Shown here: positions 18,409-26,754 of the stretch, in pieces
Layout: each line of letters starts with the position of its first letter
Position numbering within the stretch: the first letter of the stretch is position 1
NCBI GenBank assembly: GCA_963707635.1
Contig: OY970173.1
Location: 224,001 to 288,000, forward strand
Length of the DNA: 64,000 nt
Origin: Candidatus Latescibacterota bacterium
Lineage (GTDB): Bacteria; Krumholzibacteriota; Krumholzibacteriia; WVZY01; JAKEHA01
Reading direction: 5' to 3'
Program-made: the position numbers and the translations under genes
Notes under the pieces: generated by a model
Databases searched by the model: none
Seen by the model: the letters and a program-made list of their open reading frames with translations, nothing else
Told to the model about the DNA's origin: nothing

Positions 18409-19184
18409 GTGCACAGTTTTTCGAAAGCAGTTCTCATGCTCTCGCTTTGCCTGGTCTCTGCACCCGCGCTAGCCGCTGATCCGGCGTACTTCCGAATTCC
18501 TGATGAAAACCCCTATGGTGGAGGTCCGGGTTTCGGTGGCTATCACCCCTCCCATGAACAGTATTTTGGTCATCTGTGGGGGGTATTCTCTATGAGGACC
18601 TTCGTCAGCTCACCAAAGTGCTCCAGGTGGCGTCCGGAGGCGCGGGCGGCTCACAGATGTACTGCATCACACAGCTCTATGACAACTTGCCGCTAGGGGA
18701 GCGAGGTCCGACAACGTTCTTCGATATCAGTCGGTGGGAGAGTTTCCACGCCGGTCAACCATGGCCTCTAGATTCCTTCTTTGACATCTACTATGAGGTG
18801 AGGCCGGCCGGATTCGGCTCCCCGTTGACGTCGCTCTTCCCTGTCAATCCCAGTCTACCGGCGACGGACCCCGCGCGTTTCTTTGACATCACGTACGTTG
18901 ATTCTTTTTTTGACATCACGTACCGGTGCGTGAGTCTTTATGGAACGTATGAAATGCATCTTCATGGAGAACTGCAGCCCGCGCTCCGCCTCCAGAGTCT
19001 GGGCGTTCATCACCAGTCCAGCGGCGAGAGCTTCTTTGATGTCTTTTTCGACGTGGACCGTGTCGGCACTTTCGATCCGTCGAAACCGCTGCTGAAGACC
19101 ACGACGACCGGTGAAAACATTGGCGATGTCATCGCGGTTGAATCCGTCACCTGGGGCGCGGTAAAGGCGCTTTATCGTCAATAG
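18409..19184 (+). CDS. Secreted SFFD-repeat protein, paralog of 832-1590, frameshifted at a G6 run (18578-18583)
   Basis: ORF 18409.. has the signal peptide; ORF 18576..19184 has five FFD repeats and C-terminal VESVTWGAVKALYRQ; one extra G joins them (GHLWGGILYEDL vs paralog GHMTGGSFHLDL). Confidence 0.75.
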
Positions 19185-19376
19185 TCGCGGTCGCGCGACA
19201 CGGCTTCTTGTTCCACTGGAGGCGGCGATCGTCGATCGCGACGGAGGGCCGGGCGCCAGAGGGCGGTGGATACGGCTTCAGCGTACCGATCAACCCCGCG
19301 GACGAACGCCGCTCCAGTGGAGCATGAAGCGACTGGAACGCATGGGCACCGAAGGCAGAGGGAGATAGAAAAAGAG

Positions 19377-19388
19377 TGGCTCCCCAGA
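19377..19388 (+). repeat. att-like copy of the tRNA-Asn 3' end (TGGCTCCCCAGA)
   Basis: First 9 bp match 21982-21990; all 12 bp match 20822-20833; AACGCATG lies 40 bp upstream here and at the tRNA. Confidence 0.65.
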
Positions 19389-19548
19389 GTGGTGGGAGTG
19401 AGACACGCCTTGCGATGCGTCGGAGTCTAGTCCCGCCTGTCCGTCGAGCGCTATCGATACCGCCCCTTGTCAACGCCCTGGCCGCTACCCGGCGGGTGGT
19501 ATACTTGGTGCGTCTCAGTTTCTTCACGGCCGGTTAGGAAGCTCGGAG

Positions 19549-20751
19549 ATGAGCAGATACCTCAGGCTCCCTCTCGCATTTGTTCTGCTTACGTCGGTCG
19601 CGTCCCACCGTGCCGACGCCGACATCGCACCCAACCCCCTGACGGGCGGCTGGCCAGTCATCCGTTATGAAGAAGGAACCACCGACGTGCGGATGGTCGC
19701 CGAGGACGTTGTTGTGCGCATCTACGCGGACAGCATCGTGACCGTCGGCTCTTTCTCGATGTTCAATGAAGGGAAGACCGTCGACATGGTGGTAGGATTC
19801 CCGTTCCCTTACTCGAACGATCTCATCCGCTTTCGAGCCTTCGTCGACGGCCGACCCGTCGAGATCCGTGGCGCGCAGAAGGAGGTTTCAGCGGGCGCGA
19901 AGAGATCGACAGCCTACTGGAAAGTCTGGGATATGGCTTTTCGCGAGGGCGTAGCGTGCGAGATTCGAGTCGAATACAAGACGAAGCCCTCACAATCGGA
20001 AGGCTGGTTTTCTGCGCGTGAAGGGTTTTCTTCACTGCCTGCCGACGTGCTCGAAGCGTATCGACAGGCCACGGCCAGAGGAGACGTGGAGTACACACTC
20101 GAAACGGGACAACAATGGAAGGGCATCCTTGATCGTGCCAGAGTCTCATTCGAGTTCGTCGGAATGTCCGGCGATCGTGTCTTGAGATACCAGCCGGACA
20201 GTGGGGTCGCCACAGGGAATGGCGTCGTCTGGGAATACACTGACTACGAACCTTCGGGATGGGTCGCCCTCGAGTACACTCCATACCTACCGGTACAGCA
20301 GATACCGGCTGTCCTTCTTGGCATCGTGAAACGCTTCCCTGACGACCCACAGCTTGCCAGCAATGTGGGCCGTTTTTGTGCTTCCGGCCTGGATAGGAAC
20401 GACCTGCAATGCGAGATCTACCACTCGTTTCTTGCGGCCTGGGACAAGCGGATCCCTCAACTGATGGAATACGCACCGGGTGGCCGATGCAGGGTCAATT
20501 ATCAGGCCGAGGGAGGGTTTTTTGCGGTCTGGCACATGGCTCGCGACCTTTTCCGACAATACGAGAGGAATGGTGGCATTGAGAAAGGCAAAGACATCGC
20601 GTCGACGGTGTTGCTGATATCCGGAGCAATCGTGGACTCGCTCTACACCTGCGGTGGTCTGCCGGGGAAAGACGAATGGCTGTCTCGCGAAGCCATCGCA
20701 ATTCGCGATCTCTGCAATGAGTTGATCAAAAAGAACGGGGGAGGCCGTTAA
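19549..20751 (+). CDS. Secreted hypothetical protein (DUF4424-like N-terminal domain)
   Basis: Signal peptide; VRMVAEDVVVRI..DMVVGFP..YTLETGQQWKGILDRARVSF; extended -10 TGgTATACT at 19497-19505. Confidence 0.7.
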   Translation: MSRYLRLPLAFVLLTSVASHRADADIAPNPLTGGWPVIRYEEGTTDVRMVAEDVVVRIYADSIVTVGSFSMFNEGKTVDMVVGFPFPYSNDLIRFRAFVDGRPVEIRGAQKEVSAGAKRSTAYWKVWDMAFREGVACEIRVEYKTKPSQSEGWFSAREGFSSLPADVLEAYRQATARGDVEYTLETGQQWKGILDRARVSFEFVGMSGDRVLRYQPDSGVATGNGVVWEYTDYEPSGWVALEYTPYLPVQQIPAVLLGIVKRFPDDPQLASNVGRFCASGLDRNDLQCEIYHSFLAAWDKRIPQLMEYAPGGRCRVNYQAEGGFFAVWHMARDLFRQYERNGGIEKGKDIASTVLLISGAIVDSLYTCGGLPGKDEWLSREAIAIRDLCNELIKKNGGGR

Positions 20752-20821
20752 GTCACGTCGCTCGAGTATGTCGGAAAGAAGATGCGGGTGGACAACCCAG
20801 ATAGGACGACGTGAGGAAAAT

Positions 20822-20833
20822 TGGCTCCCCAGA
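20822..20833 (+). repeat. att-like copy of the tRNA-Asn 3' end (TGGCTCCCCAGA)
   Basis: Matches the tRNA 3' terminus; preceded by GTGAGGAAA, which also occurs at 21949-21957. Confidence 0.65.
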
Positions 20834-20892
20834 CGTAACGCTACTCGAACCGCGAAGGAGTTTGTTGAGCTTGTCAGGGTGTTGTGGCCGCA

Positions 20893-21855
20893 CTACTTAC
20901 CGTTCCCGGGGAACTTGTAACGGGTCTGACCACGCCACAGAATCTTGAAATCGCCTTGCTCTGGCATCCACATGTGCCGTGGCTGGACCGACGTTTCGAA
21001 GACCTCCAAGTGGAGAATCAGTTCTGCGTCCTTAGCCGCTCGGATTCGTGCGGAGACATCCGGCGGCAAGAAGGACGTTCCCGGATTCCCAGCTGTTCCG
21101 CCCAGGCTACGCGGATACTCCGAAATCGTTGTGCCATCGACGCGCGTTTCCAAATGCCAACGGTTCCCGAGTGCGAATCCAGGCCTCTTCTTCACCCGAA
21201 TCTTGGAAGTCGCCTTGTACGTCCAGCCGATCTGCCCCGGGACCTGGGTATTGTCAATGACCAGCGTCTTCGGAACCTCAACCTCCTCGATTGCTACGGA
21301 TGCAGGAAGGATCGTCAGCGCGCAAGGTTGAGATTCGATCTTCCCAGTCCATAATGTCAACGGTCCTTCATAGACGCGGCTGCGATACTCGCGTGTCGAA
21401 TCCAAATACGCTTCTATGTTCCGGCCACCATCGTTCCCATAGATTGCTGTCACCGAGTATTCGCCGGCGGACATCTGCTCACCTCGCTCGGAAAGGAGGT
21501 GCACGGTCAAGTACTCCAATGGTATTCGGTCGCCATGTTTCAGGTGCACGAGATTTCCGGGCTGTTCCATCGCCAGCATGCCCACGCTATATGGTGAGCG
21601 CGCGAACGACTCTGCCGTCTTCTTGTTCACAAACAGGAACTCGCAACGGCTGGAAAACCGATTGAGAATTCGCGTATGACTAGCGGCGATGGTCGTATCG
21701 AACGCTAACGTAACATTGAATTGAACGGCGTCGCCCATCGGGACCGTGGCCGGGTCCGCCTTCAGCGTCGCGGTGAGCCCGTCATGCTGAGTGACGGGAG
21801 GTGAATCCGTGGTAACGAAGAAGCCCAGAGCTATAGCAGCGGCGATCAATCGCAT
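20893..21855 (-). CDS. Secreted hypothetical protein
   Basis: 320-aa ORF with hydrophobic N-terminus MRLIAAAIALGFFVT; visibly more A/T-ending codons than core genes. Confidence 0.7.
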   Translation of the reverse strand: MRLIAAAIALGFFVTTDSPPVTQHDGLTATLKADPATVPMGDAVQFNVTLAFDTTIAASHTRILNRFSSRCEFLFVNKKTAESFARSPYSVGMLAMEQPGNLVHLKHGDRIPLEYLTVHLLSERGEQMSAGEYSVTAIYGNDGGRNIEAYLDSTREYRSRVYEGPLTLWTGKIESQPCALTILPASVAIEEVEVPKTLVIDNTQVPGQIGWTYKATSKIRVKKRPGFALGNRWHLETRVDGTTISEYPRSLGGTAGNPGTSFLPPDVSARIRAAKDAELILHLEVFETSVQPRHMWMPEQGDFKILWRGQTRYKFPGNGK

Positions 21856-21981
21856 GTTTTCATGATGCGCCTTCGCGCGCGCCGCGGCAAGGCGCTAGGT
21901 TCGAGCGTCCTATCTGGGGTAGAGCGTGCTCGAACTCTCGAAACGCATGTGAGGAAACGTGATTTGGCCGGAAAAATAGAA

Positions 21982-22298
21982 TGGCTCCCCGGGTAGGACT
22001 CGAACCTACAACCCTGCGGTTACAAGGGTTCCCTTTGTTGCCAAAGGGCTCGGACTATCTCATCACCCGTCCCGAATGGCTCAGGCGAGGGTGTCGGGCG
22101 CTGATGGGGCTTATCGGTTGAGAATCCTCATCCCCTAGTCTCTGCACGTTCCCGCCTACTTGGTCATCTCATTCGGCGGGCTTCGCTCAGGATTACCCTG
22201 TAAGGGCTTCCCTGAATTCACCCGATTTTTCACCAACGGTCTCCCGTTGGAGCTGCATTCGAATACAGCCGCATGCTCTACCATTGAGCTACCGAGGA
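21982..22298 (-). tRNA. trnN: tRNA-Asn(GTT), split by a group I intron (exons 22265-22298 and 21982-22022)
   Basis: Spliced sequence TCCTCGGTAGCTCAATGGTAGAGCATGCGGCTGT|TAACCGCAGGGTTGTAGGTTCGAGTCCTACCCGGGGAGCCA folds into a full cloverleaf with anticodon GTT, discriminator G and encoded CCA. Confidence 0.95.
22023..22264 (-). ncRNA. Group I self-splicing intron (IC-like), 242 nt, no homing endonuclease ORF
   Basis: P1 GCUGU/GCAGC with U.G at the splice site; P2 CCAACGG-GAGA-CCGTTGG; P3 TCGGGTG/CGCCCGA; AATTCAGGGAA..AATCCTGAG; GTGCAGAGACT..GATAGTCC (P7); P9 CCCTTTG-GCAA-CAAAGGG; terminal G. Confidence 0.93.
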
Positions 22299-22310
22299 AC
22301 CTTGGGGCTC

Positions 22311-22339
22311 AGAATATAGTCCCGGATGCCGGTTGTCAA
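22311..22339 (-). promoter_or_regulatory. sigma70 promoter of tRNA-Asn
   Basis: TTGACA-17 bp-TATTCT, ending 12 bp upstream of the tRNA. Confidence 0.8.
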
Positions 22340-22366
22340 TGGACGCGGGAGCGGGCGGGAAGCCGT

Positions 22367-24502
22367 TTAGCGCAGCACGACGAGCTTTCCGGCTTGCGTG
22401 GTTCCCGCAGCCGTGAGCCTCACGAAATAGACTCCGCCGTTGAGCCGGCCACCGGCGCCAGTCGTGGCATCGAGCTGGTACGATCCCCATCCGGCCGGCA
22501 CGCCGTGCATCACATCTGACATGACCCGTCGCCCCGCCACGTCGAAGATGTCGATCGTCACATCCGACGCGCTCGGCAGTCCGAATCGAATCTCGGTCTG
22601 TCCGGCGAATGGATTCGGCGCGCTGGAAAGCAGCGTGAGCGTGCCCGGCGTCGGCGGTGACGTTCCCACACGGAAGTTCGCCTGTTGTGTAACCGGTCCG
22701 TTCATGGTGACGGTCGCGGGGTTGCTGGCGCCGGTGTAGGAACCGTTTCCCGTCCCGGACCACGAATCGAAGGAGTACCCGGAATCGGGTGACGCAGTGA
22801 CGCTCACGAGCGAACCGCCGTCGGTCCATCCGCCACTCGGGCCGGCCGTCCCACCGGCGCCGGCGGTCACGGTGAGCACGTACTGAACCTTGAAGGTCGC
22901 GGTATAGGTGATGTTCCCGTTCGGCGACACGGTGTGCGTCGCGGCCCCGCCGTCGCTCCAGGTCATGAACAGGTAGCGCGCGTCGGCGCTCACCGTCTGC
23001 GGCGAGGTCGCCTCGATGGTGTGCGACGCACCCGGCACCCACGCGAACGTCTGCGAGCTGGTATATGGACTCCCGTCCACCAGGAACGATCGCCCGCTCG
23101 GCGTGGAGCGCACGGTGACCGTGACGCTGTTCCCGAACGCAGCCGTCTCGGTGATGGGTCCGTCCATGGTGATTGTCGCCGGGTTCGCATTGCCGCTGTA
23201 GGAGCCGCTCCCGGATCCGGTCCATCCGTTGAAGCCGTAGCCCACATCGGGCGTGGCGGTGATCTCCACCGGCGTGCCGGCGTTGTGCCAGCCGCTCGCT
23301 GGAGCCACGGTGCCGTTCGCTCCTGCGGTCATCGTGAGATAGTGCTGCGTGGTGAAGTTCGCGGTGTAGGTGCGGCTGGAGTTGGGCGCCACGGTCTGGG
23401 AGATCGCGCCGCCACTGCTCCAATTCGCCCACACGTACTGCGTGCCGCTCGCGCCGGCCTGGGGCGACGAGGTGGCGATAGTGTGAGATTCGTTGGGATT
23501 CCATTCGAATATCTGCGTGCTCGTGTACTCGACATCGTCCACCGTGAACGAACGGCCCGGGGGGGTGGTCTGCACCGCCACCGAGATTCCGGTCGGAATG
23601 CTCTTGAAGGTGACGTCGTTGAGCGTGAGCGACGTCGGGCTGGTGGCGATCCACGTGTCGCCCGCGTCCGCCGTCTTGAGAACGACACCGGCGACACCGG
23701 CGGCCCAGCCGGTGGTCCCGTCGATGAACGCGACCGATGTGAGCTCGGTGGACACCGGGCGCTGCTCGCTCCAGTTGCTCCCGCCGTTGGTCGACTTGAG
23801 AACGACCCCGGATCCGCCGACCGCCCATCCCACCGACGCACTCACGAACGTTACCGCATTGAGCGGTCGCGTCGTGGGCTTCGTCGTGGTCCACGAGGCT
23901 CCTCCGTTGGTGGTCTTGAGAACCGTACCCACGCTTCCAACCGCCCAGCCGGTGGAGGTGCTCATGAAGAACACATCCTCGAGGATGGCGGACGTGGGCG
24001 CGCTCACGGTCCAGTTGATCCCGCCGTTGGTGGTTCGCAGCGCCACGCCGTTGCCGACCGCCCAGCCGGTGTTCGCATTGACGAAATAGACCGCGTTGAG
24101 CGTCGCGGGTGTCGGCGTCGAGGCGGTCCAGTTCGCGCCACCGTTGGTGGTGCGGAGCACGGTGCCGGAATTCCCGACGGCCCACCCATGATTGGCGTCG
24201 ACGAACATCACGTCGTTCAGGTTGACCGCGGTGGGAGACGTGAGCGACCAGTTCGCGCCGCCGTTGGTGGTGTGCATCACGAGTCCGCCGAAGCCGACGA
24301 CCCAGCCCTCGTTGTCGTTCACGAAGCTCGCGGCGGTGAGGGTGACGCCTGCGGGCGAGGTGGCAGTCCAGTTTGCACCGGCGTCGCTCGACTTGAGAAC
24401 CACGCCATTGGCGCCCACGGCCCACCCGGCCGCGAACGCGGGAGCGCCGGCAACAACGAGGAACAACGAAATGCTCGCGGCACAGGCAACCTTCAGGCGC
24501 AT
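22367..24502 (-). CDS. YCF48-like 7-bladed beta-propeller + InlB B-repeat-like domains + T9SS/FlgD-type CTD
   Basis: Signal peptide; seven GWAVG..G.VL.TTNGG.NW repeats; two tandem GY.F..W.G.G.GSY.G..NPAT.TM.GP modules; SAPNPF..IFDVAGRRV..GVYFVRL..KLVVLR. Confidence 0.88.
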   Translation of the reverse strand: MRLKVACAASISLFLVVAGAPAFAAGWAVGANGVVLKSSDAGANWTATSPAGVTLTAASFVNDNEGWVVGFGGLVMHTTNGGANWSLTSPTAVNLNDVMFVDANHGWAVGNSGTVLRTTNGGANWTASTPTPATLNAVYFVNANTGWAVGNGVALRTTNGGINWTVSAPTSAILEDVFFMSTSTGWAVGSVGTVLKTTNGGASWTTTKPTTRPLNAVTFVSASVGWAVGGSGVVLKSTNGGSNWSEQRPVSTELTSVAFIDGTTGWAAGVAGVVLKTADAGDTWIATSPTSLTLNDVTFKSIPTGISVAVQTTPPGRSFTVDDVEYTSTQIFEWNPNESHTIATSSPQAGASGTQYVWANWSSGGAISQTVAPNSSRTYTANFTTQHYLTMTAGANGTVAPASGWHNAGTPVEITATPDVGYGFNGWTGSGSGSYSGNANPATITMDGPITETAAFGNSVTVTVRSTPSGRSFLVDGSPYTSSQTFAWVPGASHTIEATSPQTVSADARYLFMTWSDGGAATHTVSPNGNITYTATFKVQYVLTVTAGAGGTAGPSGGWTDGGSLVSVTASPDSGYSFDSWSGTGNGSYTGASNPATVTMNGPVTQQANFRVGTSPPTPGTLTLLSSAPNPFAGQTEIRFGLPSASDVTIDIFDVAGRRVMSDVMHGVPAGWGSYQLDATTGAGGRLNGGVYFVRLTAAGTTQAGKLVVLR

Positions 24503-24632
24503 GTTTCAATCTCCGGGTGGCTGGAGGACTACTAATGAGCGTGCATATCCCATGCCGGGAAATCGTGCAACCGAAAACTTGCCAACGTGTTACGGGATTC
24601 GAAACCCTGCGTCGAACCCGGGCCCGCACGGG

Positions 24633-26615
24633 CTACTTGCGGCGTTTCTTTTTCTCGCCGGCGGCCGCGCGGAGCCGCTGGCGGCAATCTCGTAGCCCCG
24701 CCTCGGCGGCCATGCGGTCGATCTGTGCGGGGAGCACGGCGTCGGCGTAGATCGCAACCGCATCCACCAGGAACGACTCGGCCTCGCCGACACGCCCGAG
24801 CGCGATCAGCGCCGTGGCGAGCGCGGTCTCGGCGCGCGCGGTGTTCGGATGGTCCGGAGACCAGTATTCCCGCGCGATATCGAGCGCGGCCCGGAACTGC
24901 GCCTCCGCCCCGGCGGGATCGCCATGCGCCATGCGACAGCCGCCGAGACCGAGTATCGCCCTGGAATCCCGGGGAAGCGCCGGCCCGCCGGGTTCGAAAT
25001 GGCGCATCCGCTCCAGCCCGTTGGCGAAGAGCGTTTCCGCTTCCGCCACCGCGCCCATCTGGAGCCGGATGGAGCCCAGTTCGACGAGCGCGCTCGCGAC
25101 CCACGTACCCCGATCGTGGTGGGCCCGCCGCGTGAGCGCGACCCCCTCCCGGGCGAGTGCTTCCGCCTCCAACCAGCGCCCAAGGGCCGCGAGGTCGGCG
25201 GCGAGCCGGATCATCGACACCGACATCGCGTTCTGCTCTTCCCCACCGGTCACGCGCTGCTGAATCTCCAGCGACTCCCGCAGGATCGTGTCCGCGGCGG
25301 CGTAGTCCCCGCGGTCGTAGAGCACCTGGCCGATATCGTTCATCACCGCGCCCACGATCGGATGGTCGGGACCGCTCAACTCGATGTGCAAGGCGAGGGC
25401 GTCGCGGTAGAGCTTCTCCGCGTCGCGGTACTGGCCTTCTTCGTGGAGCACACGCCCGAGTGCCCCCAGGCTGTACGCGACGTCGGCGTGGCGGTCGCCA
25501 TAGAAGCGACGGCGAATCTCGAGCGCCTCGCGTTGCATCTGCTCCGCGTCTTCGTACTCGCCCAGGCGCGTGAGCACCCGCGCGTACGCGCTCAAGGTGG
25601 ACGCCAGGTTGGGATGGCCGTCGGGATAGAGCGCGCGATCCACCGCCAGCACCTCCTCCCACATCGCCTTCGAGTCTTGCAGGTGCTCTTCGTCGGCGAG
25701 GAGCTGCGCATAGTTGTAGCGGGTGCTCGCCGTTTCCGGGTGCCGCCTGCCGAACGTCTTCTCCTGCGTCGCCAGCGCCTCGCGGAAGAGCGTATCGGCA
25801 TCGGCATAGCGGCTCTGTTCGTGGAGCAGGACGGCGAGGTGGTTCATGACGACCGACGCATGCCCGCTCTCGGTTCCTTCGATCTGTTTCCAGGTCGCGA
25901 TCGATTCCCGATAGTGCGACTCACTCTCTTCGTATCGCCCCCGCCGACTGCTGGCCCAGCCCAGCACGTCCAGGAATTCCGCGAGCGAGGCGGCTCCCGC
26001 CTCCCCGAGCGAGCGGGCGAGCTCCGTCCCGCGCCGGGCGAGTGCCTCTGCATCTTGGACGTCGCTTGTGCCGACATGGATAGACGCTAGGTCCGCCATG
26101 ACCGCGACGGCGTCCGGGTATTCCTCGCCGTGGAGCTGGAGCTGGAGGTCGAGGCTTTTCTGAAAGGCGGCGCGCGCCGCTTCGAGCAGACCCAGTCCCT
26201 GATAGGCATTGCCAATGGTCCGCATCAACTCGGCCAGCACGTCGGGCTGGCCTGCGAGCTCCCGCTCCGCGCGCACACGACCCTGATCCAGTACCTCGCG
26301 CACGGTGGTGCTGTCGCCGCGCGACCGGTTCAGGTTGGCGGCTTTGAAGAGACTCTCGAGAAACGCATTCACCTCGGCGGCATTGCGGGCCTCGAGGCGA
26401 GCATGGTCGCGCTCACGGGTCAGGCGAGCGGTGTGGGAGAGGGTCATCGCCGCCAGCGCGATCAGCGCCACGGCGACGCTCACGGCGACCGGGTGGCGCC
26501 GCACGAACGTTCCGATGTAGCGGAGTGCCGTAGCCAGCAGCGCGCGCAGGCGATCGAACGCGCTCTGGAGGAGCGCCCGCACGCGATTCCCGCGCTCGCG
26601 ATCCATGTCCATCAT
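24633..26615 (-). CDS. Membrane-anchored TPR_12-repeat protein (Ser/Thr-kinase-TPR receptor type lacking the kinase domain)
   Basis: FVRRHPVAV-TM-RERDHAR..FLESLF..TVREVLDQG..ELAGQP, then G..HP..A..L..L TPR repeats; no kinase motifs. Confidence 0.85.
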   Translation of the reverse strand: MMDMDRERGNRVRALLQSAFDRLRALLATALRYIGTFVRRHPVAVSVAVALIALAAMTLSHTARLTRERDHARLEARNAAEVNAFLESLFKAANLNRSRGDSTTVREVLDQGRVRAERELAGQPDVLAELMRTIGNAYQGLGLLEAARAAFQKSLDLQLQLHGEEYPDAVAVMADLASIHVGTSDVQDAEALARRGTELARSLGEAGAASLAEFLDVLGWASSRRGRYEESESHYRESIATWKQIEGTESGHASVVMNHLAVLLHEQSRYADADTLFREALATQEKTFGRRHPETASTRYNYAQLLADEEHLQDSKAMWEEVLAVDRALYPDGHPNLASTLSAYARVLTRLGEYEDAEQMQREALEIRRRFYGDRHADVAYSLGALGRVLHEEGQYRDAEKLYRDALALHIELSGPDHPIVGAVMNDIGQVLYDRGDYAAADTILRESLEIQQRVTGGEEQNAMSVSMIRLAADLAALGRWLEAEALAREGVALTRRAHHDRGTWVASALVELGSIRLQMGAVAEAETLFANGLERMRHFEPGGPALPRDSRAILGLGGCRMAHGDPAGAEAQFRAALDIAREYWSPDHPNTARAETALATALIALGRVGEAESFLVDAVAIYADAVLPAQIDRMAAEAGLRDCRQRLRAAAGEKKKRRK

Positions 26616-26717
26616 GACTCGCGGAGGAGCCTGGTCACGCCCTGGGGAGACACGCGGCGATACTAGCGTACCCCCGCGGTATCGTCAGCGATGGAGTGCC
26701 TGACGGAGGCCGGGGGG

Positions 26718-26754
26718 AAAAAAGTGGGCCGGCTATCTTTCGATGCCGGCCCAC
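26718..26754 (-). terminator. Rho-independent terminator
   Basis: Minus strand GTGGGCCGGC-ATCGAAAGATA-GCCGGCCCAC followed by TTTTTT. Confidence 0.8.

Noticed and set aside
22023..22264. Intron-encoded homing endonuclease
   Set aside because: The intron is only 242 nt and fully accounted for by ribozyme helices
23600..24430. ~120-bp periodic repeats (CCGCCGTTGGTGGT..., CCCAGCCGGT)
   Set aside because: These are coding repeats of the beta-propeller blades
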